DNA of 64,000 nucleotides from Camelus ferus (lineage: Eukaryota): contig NC_045697.1 of the NCBI RefSeq assembly GCF_009834535.1, positions 77,812,001 through 77,876,000 on the forward strand, given 5' to 3'. The position numbers and the translations under genes are program-made. The first letter of the stretch is position 1; each line of letters starts with the position of its first letter. The notes beneath the pieces were generated by a model. It was not told the DNA's origin. It saw only the letters and a list, made by a program, of their open reading frames with translations, and made no database searches. Shown here piece after piece: positions 50,721 through 64,000 of the stretch.

Positions 50721-52000
50721 TAGTCTTTCTTTGTCTTTGATAACCTTGTTACTTTTGAAGAGTACAGGCTAGCTATTTTGAGAATGTCCCTCAATTTTAG
50801 TTTGTCTGACTTTCCTCACAATTTAAAAACACAAGTTAAGCATTTTTATCAGGAATTTCACAAAAGAGATGCAGTGCCTCTCTCAGGAAATCACATCATG
50901 TCGGTTTGTACAATTATTAGTGATACTGTATTTGAGCACTTGCTTACAGTGGTATCTAGTGGTTTTCTCCATTGTAAAATTACAGTTTTTCTCTCTGTAA
51001 GTAATTTTCAGAGAAAGTTTCTGCAACTATTCAGATATCCCTTTCCTCATCACACCTTTGCCCCTTTGTTTTGACATCCACTGATGACTTTCTAAAGCCA
51101 CCATTCATTCTAAATTTATTAGTAGGCAATCTATTGTAAAGAAGAGCTTTCCCTCTCTCCTACCTACCTATTCATAATTTCCATCATGGATTCTTACTTT
51201 ATTCAGTAGGTTATAATCCCACTACCTATTTTGATGTTCCCATTTCCTCTACTCTAGCCAGTGGAAGTCCGCTCAAACTGGCTTTATGTCCTTTTGACTT
51301 ATTCCTATAATTCTTTGAGAACTTCCTTATTTTTTTTGTCAAAGCAAGGTGTTCCAGGATCATCTTGTATCTTCCTGAACCAGCACTGGGATCAGTTGTT
51401 TTTATAAAAAGTTCTGGTTTCTTTTAGTGGAGAGTGGTATTTAGTAGGAACTATAGTTGTGCTCATTGCTACAAGCATGTCATTTCCTTTTAGTCCTGCT
51501 AAGCAGAAAGAACTAGAAAAGACATGTCTCTGTGTGTATTTTTATATCCATTTATCTATATATACTTATGAAAAAGTGAGTTTATACTGAACCTGCAATT
51601 ACAATTCAATAACAAGTTCTAGTCTTCCCCTTTTACAAACTTATAACTATTCACCAACAGTGAGAAACCTGCCTTGCACTATCCTCATTTTTTTTTAATT
51701 TGCTCAAGCCTAGGATACCAAAAAGGTTGTTTCTAAATTGCTAACCCATTCCACTGCAACAATACAAACCTACTTATTGGAGCTCAATATTCATTTACAG
51801 TTATTTTTAGGTAAAATTTAAATACATTAAATGCACAAGATCTAATAGGAACAATTCAATAAATTTTGACAAATGCACACATTGTTGTTACCCACACTCA
51901 TAATAAGGTACAAATATTTACAGTCGTCCCAGAAAGTCCTCTCACTCAGCCAACAGTGTCCCAAAAGAAAGCCACTTTTATGGTTTTATTTTTTTAAAGA
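50721..52000 (-). mobile_element. Old L1MC/MD 3' UTR
   Basis: ttttgaagagtacaggctagctattttgagaatgtccctcaatttt...caaggtgttccaggatcatcttgta. Confidence 0.65.
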
Positions 52001-52149
52001 TTAGGTTTCTTGGCTGAGTATTTAACAATTAATTTTTGTAAATAGCGGATTCTTAAAAGAAATTTTAGAATATTTTAATTTCTTGTAGATGGATGTTGAC
52101 CTATGGTATATTCTGTTTTAGATAAATTAATGAATATAATACATCTTGA

Positions 52150-52555
52150 ACCCAAATGAAATGCAGGCTCTTAACACAGCCTCTACTGACCACCCCCTAC
52201 CCCCAGTCTGGCTCACTATACTTCAGCCACACTGGACATCTTTCAGGTCCTCAACCACATCAAATTATTTTCCACTTTGGAGACTGTGAATTAGTTGTTC
52301 CCTCTGCTAGAACACATTTTGCTTAATCTCCAATTATCTGACCATTTCTCATCATTCAAATCTTAGCAAACCATCATCTACTCCAAGAGATTGTTCCTAA
52401 CTACTCTGCCTAATGTTGCTCATCACTTTTCCTGAGTCATTCTCTGTCACTTCCCCTGCTTTATTTTCTACATAGCTCTTATCACTCTATTTATGAACTT
52501 ACTTATTCATTCTTTGTTATTCCCTCAGCACTTAGAATAATGTGTGGTAAATGTA

Positions 52556-52599
<44 letters not shown>

Positions 52600-52635
52600 G
52601 GAAGGGGTTCAATAAATATTTATTGGATGAATGAA
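52150..52635 (+). mobile_element. L2 3' fragment with internal (TG)n
   Basis: cttcagccacactggacatctttcagg...ttcaataaatatttattggatgaatga. Confidence 0.65.
52553..52597. repeat. (TG)n microsatellite
   Basis: Long near-perfect TG run. Confidence 0.95.
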
Positions 52636-53570
52636 AATGTCATAATTTCAATTGTTACTCTTTATTAAATACCTTCCTTAGTCTCTGAGAATCCGGAAGG
52701 ACAAAATATTTTTCTTACACAAATTATTAATGAATATAAATCAGTATTTCCTTACTTTTTCTTTCTTTTATACTTTTTACTTTGCTTACTCTTCTAATGA
52801 GCAAATGTATAATATCTTACTATGATATAACTACATGTAAAAAGTATATATTCATTGGGGTTTTTTGGAGCAATTACTCAGAAAAAAATATTTCTACTTT
52901 GAAGTGATGGAAACATTAAATATTAACATTTTAGCTTACAAAAGCATGTATCTAGTTAGAGCCATAAAAGAATACTGTCTCTTTCCAAATGTGGGCTTTA
53001 AACCTGGCCAAAGGTTGCTTCACTGGGAGACTGTTCAAGGCACTGCCTTTCATGGAAATGAAACTGGATTTTTTTCCCTGGGGTAACACAAGTAAGAAAA
53101 AATGTGCCATTAGGGACAGCTCCTGTGGGACAGGAGCTGTGGACTCTGGAATATACTCCTTTACTCTGAGACAGAACACAGCTGTTCACACTTACAAGGA
53201 CAGTTACAAGCAAGCCATCGAGTTTGGCTTTGTGTTCATCTACTTGTTGCTTGATGGCTTTGGGGTGGAAAAAGTGATCATTCATAACTGGATTAATTTT
53301 TGCTCATTTAGAGTTCACAGATTTTAGTTATGGCCTCAAAATATCTTTTCATATAAAACATCTGAAGCAGTTTCTGGATTTTCACTTATTTGTTAACCTG
53401 AAAATCCCAGGAAAGACTTTGACAACTCTTTGATAGTTTTCTGGATGGAAACTAATTTTAAGAAATGCAGTAGTTATAATTACAAAATTGATTCTTCTCT
53501 ATAGAATTAGAAACATAAGGGCTGTCAGAAGAGGCAATATATATTTTGTTTGTTTGTGTTTGTTTCCAAG

Positions 53571-53712
53571 GAGCATAGCAGCCACTGATCATGAACCAAC
53601 AGATGCCAGGAAATCCTTTCCTTGTTTTGATGAGCCCAACAAAAAGGCAACTTACACAGTGTCTATCATCCACCTCAAAGAGTATAAGGCACTTTCAAAT
53701 ATGCCAGTGGAG
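53571..53712 (+). CDS. ENPEP: ENPEP coding exon 2 ([28 protein letters not shown]...ALSNMPVE)
   Basis: Acceptor tttgtttccaag|G completes the Lys codon AA+G; M1-family motif [11 protein letters not shown]; donor GAG|GTGAGT at 53713; 142 nt. Confidence 0.98.
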
Positions 53713-55734
53713 GTGAGTATTTTTGTTTTATTTATGCAGCTAGACTGTTTACAGTATCAGATAAATTAACTGATTTGTTGTGAGAGAACCCACTGAAGTC
53801 TCAAATTAAATATGCTCTACTAGCTTATTTAGAGGCTTGAAAATACACTTGGTCAATCTCTTTTCTTTGAGCACTAGAAGTCTTTACCCTAAGATATCAC
53901 AGTCCAGTCAAAAACACCACATTGGGCTTTCTAAGCAAGAGTGAATACAGTAGACATACATCAGCTGGGCTCTGCTTAAGTGAGAGAATCTCCTAGTCAT
54001 GACAAATCAAAAGCAAACTAATGGAATTACAGACATAAAAATACTCTTTGTTTTCAGTTGAATATACACCCAGTTTTCAAGATAGAGCTACTGCAAAAAA
54101 TCATCACTTAAATCTTGAAGTATAGACACCAGCTCCAGAGAGCACCATACCCATAGGTATTCCAGCGAACAAGAAGTACTCATTAAATGTTAAAAAAAAA
54201 ATAGGCTACAATAAGTTCTGTTTGAATAATTATTAACATGACTCTTTCCTCTGTTACTGCTCCTCCACCCCATAATGGGCAACACAGTTAACTAGAGTGT
54301 CATTACTTCAAGGTTGAGGTTTATTATACCTTATATCTTTGACATGTAAAAGGATCAAGTTCACCCTTAGATATAATTGTCACCTACCTGATACCAGAAA
54401 AGTACTCTGCCTACGTTATATCTTGCATCTTTCTGTCCTACTATCTGAAATATCATCATTGAAATTCATCTGTTTTAATTACAGATATCCCTTGAAAAAG
54501 CAAACAAAAGCTTTAAGAGTGTCAAAAAGTAAACCATCACCAGCCATCCATGCCTCAACGTCAGTCAGGTTATCAACTTTTCTTCTAGTGTCAGACACCT
54601 GGACAATTGAGTTTTGATTGGAGAAGAAAGAGGAAAAGATGAACTTAAAGTATGACATACTAACGCAGAAGCCTGGATCAGAGTAAAATGCCATCAGAAT
54701 CTTTTGGGATGGAAGGGAGAAAATGAAGGTTGGAGGAGAAAAAGTGCAAACTTTACTAACCTCTGCTTAAGATTTCCCTACGTGACATTTTCATTCTGCA
54801 GAGTATACTCCTTCACCTTCACCTAGTTCCAGAAAATAGTCCTGGAAGAGGGTGAATATTCTGGGTCCTTAGGAGGTTAAAACTACTAGGTTTGTATTGT
54901 AGAGTAACTTTGCTGGGGCTCCAATACTACTCTACAAGCACATGCATATAACATGCTTGCTTTGTCAATGACGCATTAAGTTCTGGTCCAGCCTCCTTCT
55001 CTTAATTCTTTTTGAAAGCTTCCCACTGCAGTGTGACTTACTGTGTGGCTGCAGGGCATATGGAAATGTTTAAACAATGGGTAGCAGGAATTAGGCAAGT
55101 ATTCATGGATGAAGTATTTAGATCTGGTGATTGGCATTGAGGAAAGCAAAGTTGGCATGGATAGAAAACCAGACAGGTGGGGTTGGTAGTTGATTCAAGT
55201 AATAAAATCCTTCTCTCCATCCATAGCAGTGACTTTAGTGACCATACCTTGGGTCTCTGATGGAGACCACCAGGCTTGGAAAAGAAAATCAGACATCCTG
55301 CTATGCCTGGTACAGCCATTGCTCTCCTGCACATAGTCAGTCAGCAGATACCTGCTTAGTTCTTCCTGTGTGCAAGGAACTGAGCACTAGCCTATTCTTC
55401 ATTAAGGGGTCATGGTATCCGCTCAAATATTATGGTCAGGATTGTGTGTTTAATGTAGAAAGAGAAATAAACTCCTGTCCAGTTTATATCACAAAGTTGT
55501 ATTTCTCTTTGAGAAACTTAGTCCAGTATATAGTTCTGTCACTCTGTCACAGCACTAAAAATAAAATGCATTTTTCTTTAGTTTTTTAAACATCACCATT
55601 TTAGGGTAAAATTGCTTTTTACCCATAAGCTTTGACAAAAGATGTCTGACTAGAAAGCCAGATTTGGAGCAACTATTTGTCTTGTGCATGATTGATCTTT
55701 TTATAAACAAAAGATTATCTCTTGTTTTCGATAG

Positions 55735-55866
55735 AAAGAAGAGTCGGTGGATGATAAATGGAATCGAACAACTTTCCAGAAGTCTGTCCCCATGAGCACT
55801 TACTTGGTGTGCTTTGCTGTACATCAGTTTGACTCCGTAACAAGAATGTCAAAAAGGGGAATACCT
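55735..55866 (+). CDS. ENPEP: ENPEP coding exon 3 (KEESVDDKWNRTTFQKSVPMSTYLVCFAVHQFDSVTRMSKRGIP)
   Basis: Acceptor cttgttttcgatag|AAA, phase 0; M1 motif PMSTYL; donor CCT|GTGAGT at 55867; 132 nt. Confidence 0.97.
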
Positions 55867-56559
55867 GTGAGTACCACTGTATTTTTTAAACTTTACCACC
55901 TATGCATTTGTGATTTTCTACTTTTTTTGAATAGTTTTTTTTTCACACAACAGACTAGAAAAGCCCACTGGTCACCAGGATCTGTGATCCTAATGATACA
56001 CTGAACAATATAGAGAAATGTAAGCCAAAAGGGCCCAGGTGGAAAATGAACCAACAAAATAGCCATAGGAATACATAGCCTTGAATTATTTTAAGGGGAA
56101 AATTCACTATAAATCCAAAGCTAGCTCCTAAGTATATCAGCACAAACGTATTAAACATTTCAGTATGCCCAATTTAGTAAAACGGTTGGGTGTATATGTT
56201 TGGGGTCCCAGATGGAGACCAGAGGGAGAATAAGAAACCAGAGGTAGAAAAATATTCTTCAAGTAACTAAGCACTGAAATGTCTGTGGTGCCATTCTGAT
56301 ATGTAATTCTAAATAGTGTGTCAAAAAGCATTTCTTAAAAGTATGAGAAGATATAAATAAGCTTTTTAAAAATCAAGATGATGAACTTAATAATTTTCTT
56401 CAGAAAAGCTAAATACTTTTACCTAATTATTTTCCTCAGTTTGGAGGCCCCTATTTTGCTCAGGCCGTGAACACTTGCTAGGCTGTCTAATGGTTAGTCC
56501 ACCTCTGTGCTACATATTATATACATAAAACAAAATGCTATATAATTCTATAAGAAAGA

Positions 56560-56690
56560 AACCATCATTCTCACTTTACAGAGGAGAAAACTGAAACAAT
56601 GAGCTTAGGTAATTTGCTCAAGATCACCCAAGTGGCAACTGGTGGAATCTCAAATTCCAAATTCTTTTCAAACAATGTACCCTGCTCCAC
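56560..56690 (-). mobile_element. MIR SINE
   Basis: cactttacagaggagaaaactgaaac...taggtaatttgctcaagatcac. Confidence 0.65.
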
Positions 56691-57636
56691 CTTCTGAAAT
56701 GTGATATTCTGAAAAATATCTTTACCTCTTCACCAGTCACTGGAGGGAAGAGATGCTCCTCCCTCTACCCCACATACAGAAGATAGAAAACCAGAGTTTT
56801 CCCTCCTGCAAAAGCCTGTAGAGCTCTTTCCTTCAAAAGTTGAACAGGATCTTACAGGAAGACTTTAAGGCAGTGTGAATGTCAATTCAAGATAAACTTC
56901 ACCTCTTGGGCATTTGAGAGGTTGCCTGACTGGCCCCCTACCCACTCACTCTAAATTGGAATCTAGCACTTAACACCCAAGTACAAATGTTCCAGTACAA
57001 TTTCCTACCCCAGAAAACCACCCTACTTAAATCCACTTAAATGTAACATCAGCAGGAACCCACACCAGCCTCACAGTACTACATTCTTAGAGCTGAAAAG
57101 ACAACATAAGACAAACAGGCATATGAGGAAAATAAGCAACATAAAAGAGAAAATCCAAGACAAATAAACAGAAAAGCACAGAGTGAGTAAATAGTAACAG
57201 CTAGGGAAACCAAAAAAAGCCATAAAAATTAGAATTCTCACAAATAAATCCTTCAATTATTATACTCAGAGATTCAAGAAGATATGATCATCATAAGATA
57301 AGAACAGAAAGCTATGGGAAAACAATGAGAAATAGCAGAAAAAGTTTAAAAACATGATTTCCAAAGTATGACCTCAATCTGACCCCCAGGAACCTGTTGC
57401 TAATTCCTTCTAAAACTAGAGCTCAATAAACTGATAGCTTTAGTTCCTACACACTGCTTTGTATTTTTACTAACTCCACAGAGATGCATATATTGTTAGA
57501 AGCCCTCATATGTCTTGTGGGTTTTCCACTTTTATATTGCATCTGTCATTTCTGTAAGTTAGAAACAATACGGGTATATCAAAGCATCAATTTACTACAT
57601 GATCTAGAGCCAAAGTGTCTATATTACTTTTTCAGT

Positions 57637-57670
<34 letters not shown>

Positions 57671-57674
57671 GAAA
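57637..57674. repeat. Poly(A)/(GAAAA)n tract
   Basis: aaaaaaaaaaaaaagaaaagaaaagaaaagaaaagaaa. Confidence 0.9.
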
Positions 57675-58097
57675 CTAGTTAGTTTTTGTGTAATATATTT
57701 TTAGTAGAAATTTCATGACTCAAAAGACCATTCTTATCTACTCTGCTTCTGTCAGTATTATTCTGGTACATTTATCACCTGCTATTCATAATGAGATTAT
57801 ACTGTGCAATTCAAGAATCTGTAATATCCTGATTACACTCACCATTCTGGAAAGAATCTCTTTATATCAATAAATATTGAATTGAGGCCTATGTTCTTCT
57901 TAATTTTTTACCTGTAGTAGTAGATATTAGTACCTGAACCATTCACTATGCTTAAAATGTCCTTGATGCTCATGAGAAAATTCAGATTAGAGGACCTAAT
58001 CCTAAAAAACTGTTAGGAAAAAAGATAACCAGGTTTGGAAGGTAGCTCAAAAGACTTAACTCTGCATATTTTCTTTTCTGAATGTTAGTTGCCTTAC

Positions 58098-58873
58098 ATT
58101 TTTTATTGAGGTATAGTTGGTTTACAATGTTATATAAGGTTCAAGTGTATGACACAGTGATTCACAATTTTTAAAGGTTATACTCCATTGACAGTTATTA
58201 TAAAATATTTGGCTATATTCCCTGTGCTGTACAATATATCTTTGTAGCTTATTTATTTTATACATAGTAGTTTGTACCTTATAATTGCCTACCTGTATTT
58301 TGCCTTTCCCCCTCCCCTCTCCTTACTAGTTTGTTCTCTGTATCTGAGTCTGCTTCTTTTTTATTATATTCACTAGATTGTTGTATGTTTTAGATTCTGA
58401 AAATAAGTGACATCATACAGTATTTGTCTTTTTCTGACTTATTTCACTAAGCATAATGCCCTCCAAGTCCATCCATGTTGTTGCAAATGGCAAAATTTTA
58501 TTCTTTTTTATGGCTGAGTAGTATTCCATTGTGTGTGTGTGTGTGTGTGTGTGTATATAAATCACATATTCTTTATCCATTCATGTGTTGATGGACACTT
58601 AGGTTGCTTCCATATCTTGGCTATTGTAAATAATGCTCCTGTGAACATTGTGTGCATATTTCTTTTTGAATTAATTTTTTCATTTTCTTCGACTATCTAC
58701 CCAGAAATGGAATTGTTGGATCATATGGTAGTTCTGTTTTTAGTTTTTTGAGGAAATTCCATACTGTTTTCCATAGTGGCTGGAGCAATTTACATTCCCA
58801 CCAACAGTGTACAAAGTTTCCCTTTTCTCCACATCCTCACTAAGATTTGTTATTTGTGGTCTTCTTGATGCTA
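58098..58873 (-). mobile_element. Artiodactyl-type L1 3' end with internal (TG)n
   Basis: tttattgaggtatagttggtttacaatg...tttatggctgagtagtattccattgtgtg...catagtggctggagcaatttacattcccaccaacag. Confidence 0.9.
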
Positions 58874-60047
58874 ACTTTTCAGAATGAGTTTGATTTTTAT
58901 AGCATTTTAATAAATTACAAAATTTTTCTTTCTTTCCTAGAAGGGCTATTTTACATTAAGGGCTCTTAATCTTCTCTAAAGAAATGTATTTAATTCAAGA
59001 AGCCATAGAAGACTGCTAATGATTCTTATTCTTTATTCAAATTCATAAAATAATATTAATAAAAAATAAAATAAAATTCTATGAGGTAAGGTAGATTTCT
59101 TAAATGTTTGTTTAAAAAAAATGCTACTGTAGTAATGATTATCACCAAGCGTCAAACAACTTAAATTTTGACTTAAATGAGAAGTCAGCTGCAAACAAAT
59201 GTTTTCTGTAACCTAAGTAATGATCTGGGTTTCTTCTCAAACAGTACCTCATAGCAGCTGAGCTCTGGAACTCAAAGTTCTGAACACATTTTGAACCTTC
59301 AAAGCCACAGAAAAAAAACAGTCCTTAGTCACCCAAATTTCAAGCCAAAATTTTGTGTATTTGTAATCACCTATGGATAAGAGGCAAACTAAGATTTAGG
59401 AAGAATATATCACATCCCTGTGATAAAGTAGTCACAAACAAAACTTGAAAAAAATCCCAAAGTATCACTGTTCCTTTCTGCTAAGTATTCCTCCTCCCCA
59501 AATGCCTGCCTACTGCTTGAAGAACATTACAAGGACATAAACTTATAAAATTAAGCACATTTGATGACATTCAGTAATACTAACTATGTACCTTAAACAT
59601 GCATTTATAGAATTAAAAACAATATAGAATTCTTTTCTCTTTTTCATCCTGGCTATGTCAGCATCGATAATAAAATTTAGGGTTCCTCCAATCAGAATGT
59701 TTTATCAGTCTTTATTGAGCACCTACTGCGTGCACAAGGAGTATGCTAAGCCCTGAAGGGAGTAAAATATGCTAAGATAACTACACTTCAACTGAGATGT
59801 GCAACAGGGACAGTCACCTATGTCCTGTGTCATCCGAGTGTGTTTTCAGTTCTTTGCTGATATACCATCTCTTTGAGTGCCAAAGATCTCACCTTCTGTT
59901 TTAGGAGGCCCTGCAAGAGTCTTGGGCCATATAAAGTGATGTGTCTTTTGGAACAGTTCAGATAAGAGGGACAAACCTCAAGAAATGAACAGATGCTAAG
60001 TCTGCTTGATGATCGGCAGTGGAAAGGCAGGCTGTTGTTGATGGGTA

Positions 60048-60188
60048 GAGTGACCATACATTTTATCATTTATAAAATATAAATAATAGAGGTGTTATTA
60101 ACTATGCTGAGATGAGAGGTGTGAACAGATAATCAGTAGATTTACCTTCCTGGGATATTCCTGGGCAAACTGGATGTTTGGCCACCTT
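60048..60188. mobile_element. MER94-like hAT-Blackjack MITE
   Basis: Termini agagtgaccata...tggccacctt (imperfect inverted repeats). Confidence 0.55.
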
Positions 60189-61056
60189 TGTCAGTGGAAG
60201 ACACTCAGCAGACAAGGACAACAGGGCACAGTAGATCTGCAGGGCCCCCAGATGGTGGTGGCAAACCTGCAGGCACTGGCTGGGCTTCTGACCAGGGTGG
60301 TGGTAGCAGTGGTGGCTGCCATCTGTTCAGCCTAATCCCCTCTGTTCACATAGTCTTTCCAAGTTCAGTGCCTTTCATCTTAGACCCTAACATGCCCTTC
60401 CAGAGTCTTGCCCCATCAACCTCAGTACCCCTCTCCTGGTTCACAAAAATTTCATCTAGTTTATTGAGACAGAGCCGGCTGGGCCTCCCTCCATTCTCTT
60501 CCACACTATTGTTAAAGCATAAACTCTGTGGTTTTCTTTTTCCTCATCTTCTGTTTTTATTATTAAAAGCCTTTCCAACCAGGCTCTTGCGAATCAAAAG
60601 GTTTTGGCTTTCAAATTTATTGTGTGGGCATGAAAAGCCTATTCTGGAGTCAAAAAATTAACTTTTAGTTTCCTCCCCCCCTTCATTCTAATAGTATTCC
60701 TAATGGTAATGTGGATACCACAATGCAATTTTCACCCACACATAAGGAAGTCCAAAGAAAATTAGAGGTTAATCATTCAATATATTATCTCTAATGATAC
60801 AAATGTTCTCGATGGACACATAAAACTATTAGATTAGCTTATTTAATGCTCACATTAACTATGAGGTAGGTATTATTATTTCTATTTTGTAGCTAGAGAA
60901 AGTCAGGTTTCATTCTTAGGCACAGAAAAAAGTAGTAGAATGATATAGTAAAACGAGCTGCGCTGAAGTCTAGTGTCAGTTTTATCTTCATTTTTCTCAT
61001 GTACACAATGAGGAAGTTTATTTTTAAAACACTTCAAACTCTAAAATTTGAAATAA

Positions 61057-61350
61057 AGGTCTACGATCCTTATCTAAAACCTTTGTGACTTGTACACTGG
61101 AATTCAGAAATTTTCAGATTTGTGAAAGGTACTATTGAGTAAAAACAGCGGGATCTGGGGCAGCACCTTATATATCAAACAGTAATATTTCTGCAGCAGT
61201 ATTTTTGTACTGAGAACAATAAGAATTATTTTAAAAAACTCCTATCAGTTCAGGTTAGATGATACTACCATATTAGTTTGCTTAGAACATATGAAGAACT
61301 TTAGATTTTCAGAACTTGTTGGATTTTACAGTTGTGGAAACTGGACTAAT
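61057..61350. mobile_element. MER46C-like TcMar-Tigger MITE
   Basis: aggtctacgatccttatctaaaacc...ggaattcagaaattttcagatt...ggatctggggcagcacc. Confidence 0.6.
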
Positions 61351-63619
61351 GAAAGGATTGGAAGTTATCATCAGTGATGCAAAATATTTTATTTTATTAT
61401 TAATAGTGTCAGATTCATAAAACTGATATGTAGAGTGGAACATCGCATAGTAAGTGCTTATCACATTATCTGGAAATTTTTAAGTACTCAGACTAATAAG
61501 TAATCATAATGATTGCACATAAAAGAAATGACAGTAACCAATTAGAATCAATTCTCACAGCTTAAATTCTCTCTCAAATTCCTGGAGACCCTTAATTAAA
61601 AGGACAATATTAACAACTCTAAAAGCCTTCTTTACCGTAGATTTCCACAGGATAAGAGAAAAGCAACAACAGTGATAAAGCAGATGTATTACAGAATAAT
61701 CAGCAGCATATAGGCTTCAGAAGGCATAGATTCCACATCCAACACTAGCCCAGCAGATTCAGTGCTTTGAGCCATGACCAACACTATCCACCAGTGGTAT
61801 ATCTAGAAAATTTAATTGACTTAGGGATTTTACTATCTTTAAAAAGTAAATATATGAATTCATGGTAGGTTCTTGAAGCTGTACAAACTTCATATATATA
61901 TGCATACATATGTGTATATATGTATAAAATTTATACAAAACCTTTATATTTAACCTTTAATAGAGTCCTTAATGATAAAGGTATATGTGACTTCTTAGAA
62001 GTTAAGAAGAAAGAATATACATGGATATCTCCCTTTTCACCCCATGCTATTTCAATATGGTTAGCTACATGCTTAAAAAAATTATCTCAGTAAAACAAGC
62101 ATGTAAACTAGAAAGACAGCAATTATTACTGAGGAATGACAACTCAGGAGCAATTTACTGAACTTCGTCATGGACAGAGTGCTGAGGCTTAGCAGACGAT
62201 AGAGGAGAGTCAGCCACTTCTACCAAAGCCCACAGAAAGGAATCTTTAAAATAAAAATGTTTGTGATATATGGCAGATAGGACACATAAATATGCTTTGG
62301 CTAAGGACATCACAACGTTAATGGGCTGTATCTATATATTCTGTGACTGCTTAACTCAGTTGATCAAAGCAGTGGTCATAAAATATGATTGATGATGCTT
62401 CAAAATAAGGGTCATAGATCATAGGTGACCTGCAGACTGGCCAGACTGTAGAGCAAAACATACTTCTGTGTGGTGTTGAGCTTCTCAGAAACAAAAGAGG
62501 AAGGGACTACTTTTATTTTGATTGAATTTACATTAACATCAATCTTGTTGAAGGACACTGCATGCCAGCATTGCTGCTGGCAACAGAAACATGGAGAGTA
62601 AGAAACCCAGACAATCTCAGAAGCATTCTGATGGAAGGGAGTCCATCTACCAGCACAGGCAATGAGAAGGAACTGGTAGAAAAAGCACAAGGTCTTTCTC
62701 CTCCCCGTTGCTCCACTGAAGGTGGGGGACCTCACTGTTACCTCTTCTTCCTCTTTCTCAACCCTCTTTCACTCTCCAAATATGTACCACACAAAAGTAC
62801 AGAGTGTGTAGACCACAGTGGAGTGGGTCAAGAGGAACTACCCTTTCTGAAGGTTTTAACAGAAGGGAAGAGATGTGGTAGAAATTCTGAGGAAGTACTG
62901 ACATACTAATCAGTTCACAGATGAAAAATTCTGAGCATCTCAGTTTACAACACGGCAATCCTATATGCATGTGACGGTTTTGATTTCATAGGGGGCAATT
63001 ACCTTTGCTCTGTTCAGTGGCCGCCAACTGGATCCTTGGTTTCACTTAACTTCTTAGAAGAGGCATGCGGTTGTTCACAAAGAGAACAGGAGGTCAGTGA
63101 GGAAATGTATCACCTCTTCTGGAAAGCAAATAAATAAATAGATTAATTAATTAAAAAAAACAAAACTTAAAAGAATGATGGGCTGATGAATGAGTCAGTT
63201 TTGTAGCCCTGAAGATGAAGATGAACACGTCTCTACTTATATCAATAAAGGACGAATGTCAACTACCCAGTAGGTGTGGGAACAGTGAGCCAGCGCTGGT
63301 GGTTTAAGGGATGCTTTTTAGAAACTCATCCTTGAAATTATTGGATCTTCTCTCAGTTCACCATGTCTAAGAAAAGCTGTGTGTCTAAAAAAGAAGATCA
63401 AAACTAACAATGCATTTGAAATAATAATAAAGGAGGAAGGCAGGCATAGTTTCTCTTTATTTTTTCCTATTTTCAAATGATGAGTCACCTGTCCTGTTTA
63501 GGTAGGTGGGACTGAACTTACCAGATGGCTGCATCTTTTGCTTTACTTGAGAGTTTTGAATCAGGCCTTAGATTCAACAAATATACTTTATTTGAATTCC
63601 TCACACACTTCTTTAAAAA

Positions 63620-64000
63620 ACACTTCTTTTTTTTTTTTCCTAGGGCAGTTTTAGATTTACAACTAAATTGAGGGGAAGGTACAAATATTTCACACAAACC
63701 TCCTGCTCTCACACATGCATAGCCTTCCCCATTATCAGTATCACTCCTCCAAAGAGTACAAGGATGAATCTACATCAACGCACTGTAATACCCAAAGCCC
63801 ATAGCTTACCTTAGGGTTCACTCTCAGTGTTGTATGTTCTATGCATTTGGATAAATGTATAATGATAGATATCCATCATTACTGTATCAAAGTATTTTCA
63901 CTGTTCTAAAAATCCTCTGTGCTCTACCTAATCATCTCTCCATCCCTCACCCCTTGGCAGGGCAACCACTGATCTCCTTACTGTCTCCATAGTTTTGATG
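63620..64000 (-). mobile_element. L1MC1-like 3' end (continues beyond window)
   Basis: gggcagttttagatttacaac...cccatagcttaccttagggttcactctcagtgttgtatgttctatg. Confidence 0.75.

Noticed and set aside
55867..64000. Searched for ENPEP exon 4 (LTIYVQPEQKHTAEYA-like)
   Set aside because: No matching sequence seen; intron 3 evidently extends beyond the window.

Overview
Mammalian genomic DNA (AT-rich, repeat-dense). Artiodactyl-type L1 3' ends with no recognisable ruminant, pig, carnivore or primate SINEs tentatively suggest a camelid. The + strand carries the 5' part of ENPEP (glutamyl aminopeptidase / aminopeptidase A): promoter and coding exons 1-3 (39451-40079, 53571-53712, 55735-55866), with phase-correct GT-AG junctions; the gene continues past the right edge. 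The upstream ~37 kb looks like repeat-filled intergenic DNA, but manual translation of the minus strand gives a collinear chain of heavily decayed coding segments. In order these are several C2H2 zinc-finger-like blocks (~37.0-23.2 kb), two BED-finger-like motifs (~21.3 kb), and hAT-transposase core motifs in the correct order at ~18.4-19.1, 7.3-7.8, 3.3-3.4 and 0-0.16 kb. I interpret this as a fossil, intron-split, domesticated ZnF/BED/hAT (ZBED-like) gene lying head-to-head with ENPEP. The motif matches are by eye and from memory and need profile-search confirmation. Also present: an ERV1-type solo LTR with a nested insertion, a tail-less TSD-flanked internal L1 fragment, an internally deleted L1 in ENPEP intron 1, and many old MIR/L2/MLT1/MER elements. 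Repeat boundaries are approximate unless a TSD is cited.
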